In this document: one piece after another, positions 10,114 through 20,058 of the stretch
How the letters are laid out: each line of letters starts with the position of its first letter
Position numbering within the stretch: the first letter of the stretch is position 1
Source: Thermoproteota archaeon
GTDB lineage: Archaea; Thermoproteota; Thermoprotei_A; EX4484-217-1; JAPDJV01
Assembly: GCA_029258925.1 (NCBI GenBank)
Contig: JAPDJV010000009.1
Span: 3,256 to 67,255, forward strand
Length of the DNA stretch: 64,000 nucleotides
Reading direction: 5' to 3'
Notes under the pieces: model-generated
Databases searched by the model: none
The model's input: only the letters and a program-made list of their open reading frames with translations
What the model was told of the DNA's origin: nothing
Position numbers and translations under genes: made by a program

Positions 10114-11177
10114 TCGTTATTGATGGGAGTATGGGAGAAGGAGGAGGACAGATTTTGAGAACGAGCATTGCACTATCTGCGCTAACTATGACACCAATAA
10201 AAATAGTTAACATAAGGGCAAAGAGGAGAAATCCAGGACTTGCTCGCCAGCACGTAACAGTAGTTAAAGTGATCAAGGCTTTGACAAATGCTGACGTCCG
10301 GGGCCTCGCCTTGAGATCGAAGACCTTGGATTTTTATCCTAGAAAAAGAGTATCGGGCTCCTTTAAGTTTGATGTTGGAACTGCAGGCAGTATCCCCCTA
10401 ATATTGCAGGCAATACTTCCCGTCATGGCTTTAGCTCCGGGTCCGATAAACTTAACTATTATAGGTGGAACCGATGTGCCGATGAGTCCCCCCATAGACT
10501 ACATAATCAACGTTTTTTTACGATACTTGAATAAAATGGGTTATTATCCATCAATAAGCATTGTTAGGAGAGGCCATTATCCTAGGGGAGGAGGTATAGT
10601 TCAGGTTGTATCTAAACCTATTGAAAAATTAACCCCGCTGAATTTGATTCGTAGGGGTAGAGTAGTAGAGATTAGAGGAAGGTCCCACTGTGTAAAACTT
10701 CCATCTCACGTAGCCGAGAGACAGGCATCATCCGCAAGTAGGATATTGAGGGAAGCAGGCTATAGGAACATATCAATAGATGTCGAGTACTATCCGCCTG
10801 AAAAAGACCCTCATCTAGGCCCAGGTAGCGGCATAGTACTGTGGGCGCTAACTAGTAATGAAAGTGTGCTGGGAGCTGATGCATTAGGAGCTAGGGGTAA
10901 GCCTGCCGAGGTTGTTGGAAGAGAGGCTGCTACTAAGCTGTTAGAAGAATTGAAGTCTGAGCAAGCATTAGACTCTCATTTAGGAGACATGATTATCCCG
11001 TTTCTGGCTATAGCCGATGGGATGTCCATCGTAGGTACTTCAAAATTAACTCTCCACACCATAACTAATATTGAGGTTGTAAGGTTGATTCTCGGAGTTA
11101 AAGTGGAGGTTACGGGATCTCTGGGTGAGCCGGGAATAATCAAAGTTGAGGGATTAGGAACTGCTAGCATTAAATGA
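10110..11177 (+). CDS. rtcA: RNA 3'-terminal phosphate cyclase
   Basis: IDGSMGEGGGQILR, PGLARQH, GGTDV, DSHLGD. Confidence 0.95.
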   Translation: MIVIDGSMGEGGGQILRTSIALSALTMTPIKIVNIRAKRRNPGLARQHVTVVKVIKALTNADVRGLALRSKTLDFYPRKRVSGSFKFDVGTAGSIPLILQAILPVMALAPGPINLTIIGGTDVPMSPPIDYIINVFLRYLNKMGYYPSISIVRRGHYPRGGGIVQVVSKPIEKLTPLNLIRRGRVVEIRGRSHCVKLPSHVAERQASSASRILREAGYRNISIDVEYYPPEKDPHLGPGSGIVLWALTSNESVLGADALGARGKPAEVVGREAATKLLEELKSEQALDSHLGDMIIPFLAIADGMSIVGTSKLTLHTITNIEVVRLILGVKVEVTGSLGEPGIIKVEGLGTASIK

Positions 11178-12185
11178 GTGTTCTCGGAGAAACTTCAGTA
11201 AATCGTCTAGCATCACACGTATTCCATAACCTGTCTTAGCACTAATTATGTAGATCTTCTCTACACGAAGTCGTCTCAATTCCTGTAATGCTTTCTCGAC
11301 ATCCTCCTTACTAGTTACATCTATCTTATTTATGGCAACAAATAGTTCCTTTTTTTGAAAACTTGCCATGATATCCTTCAAGACGTGGATTTGTTCTTGT
11401 AGAGAGTATATTCTCAGCTTTGAAACATCTATTAAATACAATATTATCCCTGGTAAATGTTCTAGTGCTGCAATTGCTCTTTGCTCTATGGGATTCCTTT
11501 CATGTAATGGTCTATCTAATAAACCGGGTGTGTCTATTATTTGGACTACAAGTTTACCAGACTTTAAATGTCCTACTATAATGTTTTTAGTTGTAAAGGG
11601 ATACGGTGCTATCTTGGGTTTAGCTGAGGATAATGTGCTCACTAAAGTTGATTTTCCTACTTGGGGCATGCCAGCCACTATTATTGTGGGTTTAAGGGGG
11701 TCTATTGAAGGGAAGGTTCTTGCATGGCTCATGGCATTCACTATTTTATCTATACACTTAAGCTTCCTTTTTACTATGGAGAGTATTCGTCCTACGCATT
11801 CTCTTCTTAGAGCTGAGATTCGGAAGCTTCGATTCTCTGAAAGCATTCTTCTCCTATAAATGCTCCATAAATTCCTAATGACCCCCCTGTACTTCCTAAT
11901 TTTTTTAATACACGACGTGAACTCATTTTCATCTATTATTGTGAAAAGAAGCTCTAAGTAAAATCTCGGCGTCTTATTTAAGTCAGGCATGCACCTAACG
12001 ATCTTACTTAGTTCATGCTCTATGATATTGTATACTGTGTCTAATCGTTGCAATTCGAATCTCTTTAAATCTTTAACTCTTTTTATTTTCGGGTATCTTC
12101 TTAACACTTTTTCAACTATCTGCCTAGAACTTAGCAGGTACCCTAAATTCTCATATGGTTGCCTATATTCCTTATCATTAGACAA
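11154..12185 (-). CDS. NOG1-family (Obg-like) GTPase
   Basis: GMPQVGKS, YPFTT, DTPG, NKID, SAK. Confidence 0.9.
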   Translation of the reverse strand: MSNDKEYRQPYENLGYLLSSRQIVEKVLRRYPKIKRVKDLKRFELQRLDTVYNIIEHELSKIVRCMPDLNKTPRFYLELLFTIIDENEFTSCIKKIRKYRGVIRNLWSIYRRRMLSENRSFRISALRRECVGRILSIVKRKLKCIDKIVNAMSHARTFPSIDPLKPTIIVAGMPQVGKSTLVSTLSSAKPKIAPYPFTTKNIIVGHLKSGKLVVQIIDTPGLLDRPLHERNPIEQRAIAALEHLPGIILYLIDVSKLRIYSLQEQIHVLKDIMASFQKKELFVAINKIDVTSKEDVEKALQELRRLRVEKIYIISAKTGYGIRVMLDDLLKFLREHSFNASSS

Positions 12186-12202
12186 CTTTGTTCACTAAGC
12201 TT

Positions 12203-12472
12203 CTACTCTTTTACCCCTTTTCTCCATAGAATTCTTCCATTTTTATGTCTAATTTCAATTATTCTATGGAGGGGTATTAAAAACTCCTCTCCGCTTAAAT
12301 CAATTACTATATACCAGCTTCTAACATCTCTCACTTTATCAATTTCCACGGTTTTGCGATTTCCAGGAACCCCTCTATGTGTGAAAACTACTTCATATTC
12401 CTTTGGTGGAATATTCTTTGACCAAATTATCTTATTTAATATCTCTCTTATCTTGGACTTCTTTCTCTTCAA
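12203..12472 (-). CDS. DUF504 / MJ1316-like RNA repair domain protein
   Basis: IREILNKIIW ... HRG ... IPLHRI motif. Confidence 0.8.
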   Translation of the reverse strand: MKRKKSKIREILNKIIWSKNIPPKEYEVVFTHRGVPGNRKTVEIDKVRDVRSWYIVIDLSGEEFLIPLHRIIEIRHKNGRILWRKGVKE

Positions 12473-13128
12473 TTTCCACCAGCTATTGCAAGTACAGTAT
12501 TCCTTATTTCTGCCTGCAATTTTCTATACTGCTTTGCCTGCATATATGCTCTTCTAAGATTTATTGGATCAACTTTGAAAGACCTTGCTATTTTAAGTAT
12601 GGACGCTCTCCGCCCCATAACTACTTCATCATAAAGCAATTGGGCTAATGCCATTTTTACTCTGTCAGTTCTGGAGGCAAGTCTTGGATAATTATTTAAA
12701 ACGTTCGTTACTATATTATGTAGGGTTTCTCTTTGTGAACTACTGATGTTTTTCAGAACTTCTTCAAAAGACACTTTAACTATAGTCTTAACCATTTTAA
12801 CTTCTTCTCCATTTATAATCTTAGATGCTATATCATCGCGTATTTTTAGTCCTCTTCTCAAATTTTTTACTATGGGCTTTACTATCAAGTTATACCTAGA
12901 AATTCTCCTGTAAATTAGTGTAATATCTTTTCTATATTTCCTTCTTAAATAACGATCATGGACCTGTACATGCTCAGCCTTCTTAATGGGGGCCTCGTAT
13001 ATCCTATCTATTATTAACCCGCAGTTTCCACATATTATGTCTCCTCTCTTATTATCATAAACTATATTATGTGAGAGGCATTCTGGGCATCTGAGCACCT
13101 CTTTCACCGTGATTCTCGCACTCAGCAA
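12469..13128 (-). CDS. TFIIB-type zinc-ribbon protein with basic helical C-terminus
   Basis: CPECLSHNIVYDNKRGDIICGNCGLII. Confidence 0.75.
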   Translation of the reverse strand: MLSARITVKEVLRCPECLSHNIVYDNKRGDIICGNCGLIIDRIYEAPIKKAEHVQVHDRYLRRKYRKDITLIYRRISRYNLIVKPIVKNLRRGLKIRDDIASKIINGEEVKMVKTIVKVSFEEVLKNISSSQRETLHNIVTNVLNNYPRLASRTDRVKMALAQLLYDEVVMGRRASILKIARSFKVDPINLRRAYMQAKQYRKLQAEIRNTVLAIAGGN

Positions 13129-13273
13129 CTCTTTTAAGGTTATCCGTAACTAAACGTAGATGACGGAGACCCCATCGAAACTAAACTTCAATCAGAGATT
13201 TAAAGCAAAATATATTTTAGGACATACAGTATACCATCTAATGGTAATGGTCGAAAATACTTGAAGGAGGATA

Positions 13274-13882
13274 GTGCTTATGAGCTTTGAACGATATGGC
13301 ATAGGTGCAACAACTGTGGGAATTAGATGTGTTGATGGGGTAATATTAGGTTCTGAGAAGAGAATATCCTATGGAGGTTTTATTGTTAGCAAAGCTGGGA
13401 GGAAGGTTTTTAAAATAACCGATAGGCTTGGAGTGGCATTTGCGGGACTGTTTGCAGACATGCAGGCACTAACAAAGATAATGGAGGCTGAAATAAGGTT
13501 ATACGAGTATTCCATGAAGAGAGCTATGAGCATTAAATCAGCAGCAAAGTTACTATCAAACATACTATATTCAAGTAAGCTAACCCCGTTCATGTCTGAA
13601 GTGCTCATAGGAGGATATGATCCTAGTGGATTCCACCTATACGTACTTGATCCTCTAGGTTCATTACTAGAAGACGATTATGCATGTCTTGGGTCAGGAG
13701 CTCCAATTGCTATTGGCATAATAGAGGCCCAATATAAAAAGGATATAGATGTTAATGAGGGGGAGAAAATAGTGTTAAGAGCTATAAAGGGAGCTATAGA
13801 GAGAGACTCTATATCAGGCGATGGAATAGACTTACTGATTATTTCTAAAGAAGGATCTGTAATGAAGTCATTTAGGGTATAA
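13274..13882 (+). CDS. psmB: Second proteasome beta subunit (Ala at the Thr1 position)
   Basis: GATTVG, SEKR, GSGA, RDSISGDG. Confidence 0.92.
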   Translation: MLMSFERYGIGATTVGIRCVDGVILGSEKRISYGGFIVSKAGRKVFKITDRLGVAFAGLFADMQALTKIMEAEIRLYEYSMKRAMSIKSAAKLLSNILYSSKLTPFMSEVLIGGYDPSGFHLYVLDPLGSLLEDDYACLGSGAPIAIGIIEAQYKKDIDVNEGEKIVLRAIKGAIERDSISGDGIDLLIISKEGSVMKSFRV

Positions 13883-14467
13883 TAGTTGTTTCTGTACTCT
13901 AAAGTATCATTAGGTTTCCGCGGATCCTTAACATGTTTTCTTTGACCCATAGTATTATGAATTGAAAAAAGTTCTAGATTCGAGTATATAGGTGATGTGA
14001 TTTCAAGGCCTCTCCAAAACCATTTGCTCCGAGCAGCATCTCTGCAAGCAACAGCTAACGCAAGGAGCTAATGGTGAGGGGAAATCGAAGCCTTAATGAG
14101 GCAGCCTACAGAAACATAAAATCTGCAGGAAATAGTATAGTAAAAATAACGTTGTATGCTCATAGCTAGCTTTTTCGCTGAAAATAGGCCTCCAAGTACA
14201 CACTCATAAAATATTGTCATCCTTAAGATACAATAAGGAACGAATACTTGTTCCTAAAAGAACCACATCTAACCGTTATAATGGATTTTAGGACAATAAC
14301 ACGTATTAAAATTGTCTTTTAAAGACCCGTAGCAACATAAATGCTCAGAATCATCCTCCCACTCTTATGGATATGGCGTTTCACAGAGTTAACTGATAAA
14401 TACCCCCTCGTTAGCTAATATTCTAGAGGTCTGGATACAGCTTCTATAGCTAGAAGGGTTAGTTGAA

Positions 14468-14917
14468 ATGGGTTTGATTAAAGTAAATGAAGTAGAAGCG
14501 TTTGTGCTACCTACACATCCGCACATACCAGTGCTTGAATGCCATTTAGAGGATGGCAGAAATTTCTACCTATACTATGTCCCCCTTGAGATTGTGGTGG
14601 CAATAAATAATCTTAGACATGGAGGAAAGTTCATTTCAGAAAGAGAGAGCGTTTATGACATACTAAGCTTTCTTAAAAACGATTTAAGGGGGGCTCTTGG
14701 AAAACACTTAGAGAAAGTTATCATAGACGAATTGAATCCTCAAACAATGCTTTATACTGCTACTCTGGAAATAAAAACGAATGGAGCCCTAATAAAGAGA
14801 AAGATGGTTCCAAGTCATGCAATATTCTTGGCGCTCATAGCAGAAAAGGAAATTTATGTTGAAAGCCGCTTAGTGGATCAGCAGGAGAAGCTGAGAAAGA
14901 AGGAGGGCGATTACTAG
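14468..14917 (+). CDS. Bifunctional nuclease (DUF151)-like protein
   Basis: IIDEL..YTATL, MVPSHAIFLAL..IYV; convergent with rpsL. Confidence 0.7.
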   Translation: MGLIKVNEVEAFVLPTHPHIPVLECHLEDGRNFYLYYVPLEIVVAINNLRHGGKFISERESVYDILSFLKNDLRGALGKHLEKVIIDELNPQTMLYTATLEIKTNGALIKRKMVPSHAIFLALIAEKEIYVESRLVDQQEKLRKKEGDY

Positions 14918-14968
14918 AATTTAAAATTACTTGGAGAAATTGCAGTAATAACGTATAATACTAAGGGT

Positions 14969-15430
14969 TCATCTAGTAGGTTTTTGTTTCTTCCCTTTAA
15001 GAAGAGCTGAAAGTGATACTCCATTTACAGCTATAACCTTATATCTTACACCGGGAAGGTCTCCCATGGATCTTCCTCTAGTCCCACCAATTCCCTCTAT
15101 GAGTACCTCGTCGTGTTCATCAATGAAGTTTAAAGCTCCGTCACCAGGACAGAAGGCAGTTACAACTTTTCCATTCTTTATCAACTGGACTCTAACACAC
15201 TTCCTAACAGCTGAATTAGGTTGACGTGACTCTATACCCACCTTTTCCAAAACTATGCCTTTTGCCATAGGTGCTCCTTCAAGAGGGTCAAACCTCTCCT
15301 TTATCCTCAGCATTCTCACTATAAACTCCCTTTGACTCCACCTAAACTTTAATCTCTTTTTTCTAAGCTTTCTAGCAGCGTATAGGCCATATGGACTCTT
15401 CTTACCTGGCATCTGTAACACACCTCTCAA
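14969..15430 (-). CDS. rpsL: 30S ribosomal protein uS12
   Basis: [22 protein letters not shown]; true start likely MPGKKSP. Confidence 0.97.
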   Translation of the reverse strand: MRGVLQMPGKKSPYGLYAARKLRKKRLKFRWSQREFIVRMLRIKERFDPLEGAPMAKGIVLEKVGIESRQPNSAVRKCVRVQLIKNGKVVTAFCPGDGALNFIDEHDEVLIEGIGGTRGRSMGDLPGVRYKVIAVNGVSLSALLKGKKQKPTR

Positions 15431-15460
15431 GACTTTTGGTTTGCTAGGTTATTAATTTTT

Positions 15461-15904
15461 TCATGTGACAACTATGGTATCGATGTCATGGTATCTTTTA
15501 AGTATTAGACGCGCTCTTGCAACATTCTTTCCTGCTTTCCCAATAGCTACTCCCTTATCCTGCGGATCTACGGTAACGTGTATTATCCTCTTTCCCCCAA
15601 GTCTTTTAACAACCTTTACCGCTTTTACCCTGGCAGGAGCAAGGGCATTTTTCACTAGCTCCTCAAGGGTTTCTGCATACTCAACTACTTCAATATTCCT
15701 GCCGATCAATTTTCTAAGTCTTTTAACGTTCACTCCATTTTTACCTATAGCTAATCCCATGTCTCCAGGCTTTACTAAAAAGATGACTCTATTCTCCCCC
15801 TTATCAAGAATACAATCTTTCACGACGGCTCCCGTTAGGTCCTGGAACAGTGCAATGTATCTCATTTCCTCTGGTGTAAGTTTTATCTCAGGCAATTTGG
15901 GCAC
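15461..15904 (-). CDS. nusA: Archaeal NusA
   Basis: Two KH motifs (GLAIGKNG, GVAIGKAG); operon position. Confidence 0.95.
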   Translation of the reverse strand: MPKLPEIKLTPEEMRYIALFQDLTGAVVKDCILDKGENRVIFLVKPGDMGLAIGKNGVNVKRLRKLIGRNIEVVEYAETLEELVKNALAPARVKAVKVVKRLGGKRIIHVTVDPQDKGVAIGKAGKNVARARLILKRYHDIDTIVVT

Positions 15905-16208
15905 CCTCCTCTTTAACTAGTTCTAAGACGTTCGAGGATCCTGGATCATATACTGTTATGGTTGATATCATAAAGGGTTTGCCACATAGTGTTCCAAGCT
16001 CTATGCTTGTACCCCTATACATGTAAACAGGTATTTTCGAGAGCCTCGAATAGTAAAGGATATCATCTTTAATATCTTCAGGGATATTAGAAGCAATTAT
16101 TATTAGCTTGGCTTTGCCTAATCTGGCCGCTTTCATAGCCTTATTTGCTCCAAAAGCTATTTTACCCGTTTTTAAAAGCATTTTAAGTTCAGACTCAAAC
16201 GATACCAT
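15888..16208 (-). CDS. rpl30e: 50S ribosomal protein eL30
   Basis: KTGK..G, ELGTLCGKPF. Confidence 0.95.
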   Translation of the reverse strand: MVSFESELKMLLKTGKIAFGANKAMKAARLGKAKLIIIASNIPEDIKDDILYYSRLSKIPVYMYRGTSIELGTLCGKPFMISTITVYDPGSSNVLELVKEEGAQIA

Positions 16209-16210
16209 AC

Positions 16211-17395
16211 CTACTTCTCACCCCTTCTACCTATTCTCATATATAGATCAACCATTCCGGTACCGAGAGGAATTACTTGGCCCACAATAACATTCTCAGT
16301 TATTCCCCTTAAATAATCAATTTCACCCTTCGCAGCGGCCTCCAGCAGGTGTCTTATAGTTACCTCAAATGCTGCTCTAGCTAAAACACTCTCTTTCTCC
16401 CCGCTAACTCCATGTCTACCTATCTGCTTTATGCTACCGGTTCTCGTCATTATGTCAGCTACTAGCATTACATGTCTAATGTCTACATCTAGGCCCTGAT
16501 CCTCTAGTACTTGCTGGATCTCGTTAATTATTGCCATTCGAGCTGCCTCTATCCCCAATACTTCCTCTATTTCATGAATATTGTTACTTACAGTTCTAGT
16601 ATAATCTACTCCCTTTATCTTCATTACAGCAGCTAGGTTGGATCCGTCAGTGACAAGGACGTATTCATCTCTTCTCTTTTGAACTATTACTCTCCTAACT
16701 CCTTTTATCCCCTTAATTTTACTTGCTAGTATTTTATCTCTTAATCTCTGGAGCTCCCCTAGCTCAACGTCTTCCTCGAACTCTACTCTTATAATATAGG
16801 GGCTATCTTCGTCTATTTTGGCATTCTTTACGCGTTTCATTTTTAAGATGTTTCTTAAAATCTTATCGACCTCTATTCCCTTATCTTCTAGCATTTCAGA
16901 GTCTAATTCGATTATTATTGAAGAAGTGAATAGATCTACGTCAACACTTTTCGTGACGTTTTCTATAGTGGTCATCTCTATTTTCCTAGCTATGGATATA
17001 GCTTTATCTTTATCGTGCCTATGTTCTTCGTCAAGGTACACTGTCATCATAGGAGTTGAGGGAGTCCTCCTAGCATCGACTATTTCTATGAGTCTAGGCA
17101 AACCGAGAGTGACATTAAACTCTCTTACACCTGCATAATGGAATGTTCTGAGAGTCATCTGAGTACTCGGCTCGCCGATGCTTTGAGCTGCGACAGTACC
17201 CACGGGTTCCCCTGGTTCTACTAGTGAAGACCAGTATTCTCTGATAACTTCCTGCAAGATCCTCTCTAAATCCTCCATAGTTATCTCTATTTTCGAAATC
17301 TTCTCCTTTAATTCCTCTATTATCGAAAGGGGTAAGATATTTGCGTATTTTTCTATAATAGCACTCTTCTCCTCTAAGCTCAAGTACTTCGGCAT
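16211..17395 (-). CDS. rpoA2: RNA polymerase subunit A'' (Rpo1C)
   Basis: AAQSIGEPSTQMTLRTFH, LARAAFE. Confidence 0.98.
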   Translation of the reverse strand: MPKYLSLEEKSAIIEKYANILPLSIIEELKEKISKIEITMEDLERILQEVIREYWSSLVEPGEPVGTVAAQSIGEPSTQMTLRTFHYAGVREFNVTLGLPRLIEIVDARRTPSTPMMTVYLDEEHRHDKDKAISIARKIEMTTIENVTKSVDVDLFTSSIIIELDSEMLEDKGIEVDKILRNILKMKRVKNAKIDEDSPYIIRVEFEEDVELGELQRLRDKILASKIKGIKGVRRVIVQKRRDEYVLVTDGSNLAAVMKIKGVDYTRTVSNNIHEIEEVLGIEAARMAIINEIQQVLEDQGLDVDIRHVMLVADIMTRTGSIKQIGRHGVSGEKESVLARAAFEVTIRHLLEAAAKGEIDYLRGITENVIVGQVIPLGTGMVDLYMRIGRRGEK

Positions 17396-17396
17396 G

Positions 17397-20057
17397 TTAT
17401 ATCACCGCCTTATGGCCTAGAACCCTTTCAATAACCTTGTCTATGTTAACTGGCTTTCCATGGTCGCTTTTAGCTGGGTCGACCCCGTCTTCTCCATAAG
17501 CAAATTGCACTATATCCCCTGTAGTAAGCCTAACTGTCCCATCATATTCTACTCTTATATCTTGAAGAGCATTTATTAATCTCCTCTGCATGTACCCGCT
17601 CTGAGAGGTTCTCACAGCGGTATCCACTAAGCCCTCCCTTCCACCTGCAGCATGGAAGAACATCTCTATAGGGTTTAGTCCATCTTTGAAACTTCGCTCC
17701 ACAAATCCCCTAGCTGCAGCAGATAAATCCCCTGGCTTGAAGTGAGGTAATGTACGATCCTTATATCCTCTAGTTATCCTCTGTCCCCTAACTGATTGCT
17801 GTCCTAATGTGGCAGCCATCTGTGTTAGGTTGAGAATATTGCCCCTAGCGCCTGCTCTCGCCATAATGTATGCATTATTGAATTTGTAGAGGTATTCGGC
17901 AGCTACCTCACCTGCCGAGTCTCTAGCCTCTGCTAAAACCTCCATAATCCTCATTTCGAGAGTTTCTTCGAGCGTTCTTCCTGGAATGGGTTCGAGCTCC
18001 CCTTTCTTGTAAGCGTCTATAAGCTTAGCAACTCTATCATATGCATCCTCCAAGATCTCTCTTATTCTCATTGTGGCCTCAGCGGGCACCTCGACATCAT
18101 CAAGGGTCATAGTGAACCCTCTGTACTCCAGGAAGCACGTGAACATTCTAAAAGTATTGTCTATAAAAATTCTAGCAGCATCAGTACCGAAGTCCTTTAT
18201 AATCCTATGTAGAACGCTCTCAGGAACTTGTGCGCCTATAGATTTCTTATCGAAAACCCCAGCTAGAAGCCTACCTCTCCTTATGACAACGAAGGCGTCA
18301 TGAGGACACTGCTCTTTAACACACACAGCACATTTCTGGCAGATATTTGCTTTTAGAGAGTAGTTCAATTTAGGAGGAAGGAATAAGCTTATTAGCTGTT
18401 TTCCTGTCCAGTACACCTTTGGTGAAAGTATTACGGGTTCTGGTAGAGCATCATCGTATTTTGCAGTAGCCAGCAGATCTGAGGCCAGCCTCTTCTCTAG
18501 AAGAGTAGCCTTACTGGTCAAGAGATATGCTCCTGAAATATAATCCTGGAGACCTCCTATTATCGGCCCTCCATAGCGAGGCGACAATATTTGATTTTGA
18601 ACGAGCATTAGTATTCTAGCTTCTGCACGCGCCTCCTCGGTTTGAGGTACATGAAGATTCATTTCGTCTCCATCGAAATCTGCATTATAAGGTGGACACA
18701 CGGTTAAATTGAGTCTAAAAGTCCTACCTGGCAACACCTTGACCGCGTGAGCCATAATGGACATTCTATGTAAGGACGGCTGCCTATTAAATAGAACAAT
18801 GTCTCCATCCTTCAAATGTCTTTCAACAACAAACCCTGGAGCCAAGGTCTCTGCAAGAGCTTTCCTATCCTTAACAAACCTTAAATCAACTCTTCTACCG
18901 TCGGGTCTAACAATATAGTTTGCTCCAGGCCACTTCTCGGGACCGTTGACAACATATCGCCTAAGTTCCTCTATGTTCCATGGAGCTACTCTCTCAGGAA
19001 TAGTTAATATTTTTGCTATATCTAGCGGAACACCCACTTCGTTTATGCTCAAATTGGGATCTGGGGATATGACTGTTCTAGCAGAGAAATCTACTCTCTT
19101 ACCTGAGAGGTGCCCTCTAAACCTGCCCTCCTTACCCTTAAGTCTTTGAGCAAGAGTTCTGAGGGGCCTACCTGACCTATGTTTGGCTGGAGGTATGCCT
19201 GGGACCTCGTTGTCGAAATATGTGGTAACATGATATTGTAGTAGCTCCCACAGATCCTCTATAATGAGCTGCGGGGCTCCGGCTTCAATGTTCTCCTTTA
19301 ACCTCTCATTTATTCTCACGATGTCTACAAGCTTATGTGTTAAATCATCTTCTGCTCTCACACCAGATTCCAATAGTATTGAAGGTCTCACAGCTATGGG
19401 AGGAACGGGTAACACTGTGAGAATCATCCACTCCGGTCTAGAATGATCCGGATCTATCCCAACAAGTTTAACGTCTTCGTCTGGTATTTTCTCCAGTCTA
19501 GACCTTACCTCTATTGGGGTAAGTCTAACTATACCCTCCTTCCTTTCCTCGTAAAATGTTGTAGGCTTCTCAAGTCTTATTTTATATTGTCTCTCACCGC
19601 AGTGAGGACACGTCATAGTCTTCATAGCTTTTTTGAGGATATGGACATTGAGGCGCTCCGCTAGAACGGGCCAGTTCTCCTCAAGCTTCTTGAGCAACTT
19701 CAAATACCTTTTCATACTTCGGGGATTTATTAGTAATCTTCCACAGCTTCTACATACTGCTCTAAGAAGATTATGAATTATCTTAATGAAACCTACGTGA
19801 ACTACGGGTCTTGCAAGTTCGAGATGTCCAAAATGACCTGGACACTCACTCATAAAATTGCCACATATAGGGCATCTCTGTCCTGGCTCTAAGATTCCAA
19901 GCCTCCTATCCATTAGTCCTCCTTCAATAGGCATTCCGTCCTCGTCATAAGTGTCGGAGGTGATTATGGTGGTTACAGATATTCTTCTAATGTCCTCGGG
20001 TGAAAGGATCCCGAACTTTATTGCCTTAATTTTCTTGCCAGTACTCATCTGCATCAC
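17397..20057 (-). CDS. rpoA1: RNA polymerase subunit A' (Rpo1N)
   Basis: [10 protein letters not shown] catalytic motif; no intein. Confidence 0.99.
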   Translation of the reverse strand: MMQMSTGKKIKAIKFGILSPEDIRRISVTTIITSDTYDEDGMPIEGGLMDRRLGILEPGQRCPICGNFMSECPGHFGHLELARPVVHVGFIKIIHNLLRAVCRSCGRLLINPRSMKRYLKLLKKLEENWPVLAERLNVHILKKAMKTMTCPHCGERQYKIRLEKPTTFYEERKEGIVRLTPIEVRSRLEKIPDEDVKLVGIDPDHSRPEWMILTVLPVPPIAVRPSILLESGVRAEDDLTHKLVDIVRINERLKENIEAGAPQLIIEDLWELLQYHVTTYFDNEVPGIPPAKHRSGRPLRTLAQRLKGKEGRFRGHLSGKRVDFSARTVISPDPNLSINEVGVPLDIAKILTIPERVAPWNIEELRRYVVNGPEKWPGANYIVRPDGRRVDLRFVKDRKALAETLAPGFVVERHLKDGDIVLFNRQPSLHRMSIMAHAVKVLPGRTFRLNLTVCPPYNADFDGDEMNLHVPQTEEARAEARILMLVQNQILSPRYGGPIIGGLQDYISGAYLLTSKATLLEKRLASDLLATAKYDDALPEPVILSPKVYWTGKQLISLFLPPKLNYSLKANICQKCAVCVKEQCPHDAFVVIRRGRLLAGVFDKKSIGAQVPESVLHRIIKDFGTDAARIFIDNTFRMFTCFLEYRGFTMTLDDVEVPAEATMRIREILEDAYDRVAKLIDAYKKGELEPIPGRTLEETLEMRIMEVLAEARDSAGEVAAEYLYKFNNAYIMARAGARGNILNLTQMAATLGQQSVRGQRITRGYKDRTLPHFKPGDLSAAARGFVERSFKDGLNPIEMFFHAAGGREGLVDTAVRTSQSGYMQRRLINALQDIRVEYDGTVRLTTGDIVQFAYGEDGVDPAKSDHGKPVNIDKVIERVLGHKAVI

Positions 20058-20058
20058 C

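Noticed and set aside
14076-14085. 10-nt inverted match (GAGGGGAAAT) with about 27548-27557 at the two putative inversion gaps
   Set aside because: Too short; expected by chance between regions of this size.
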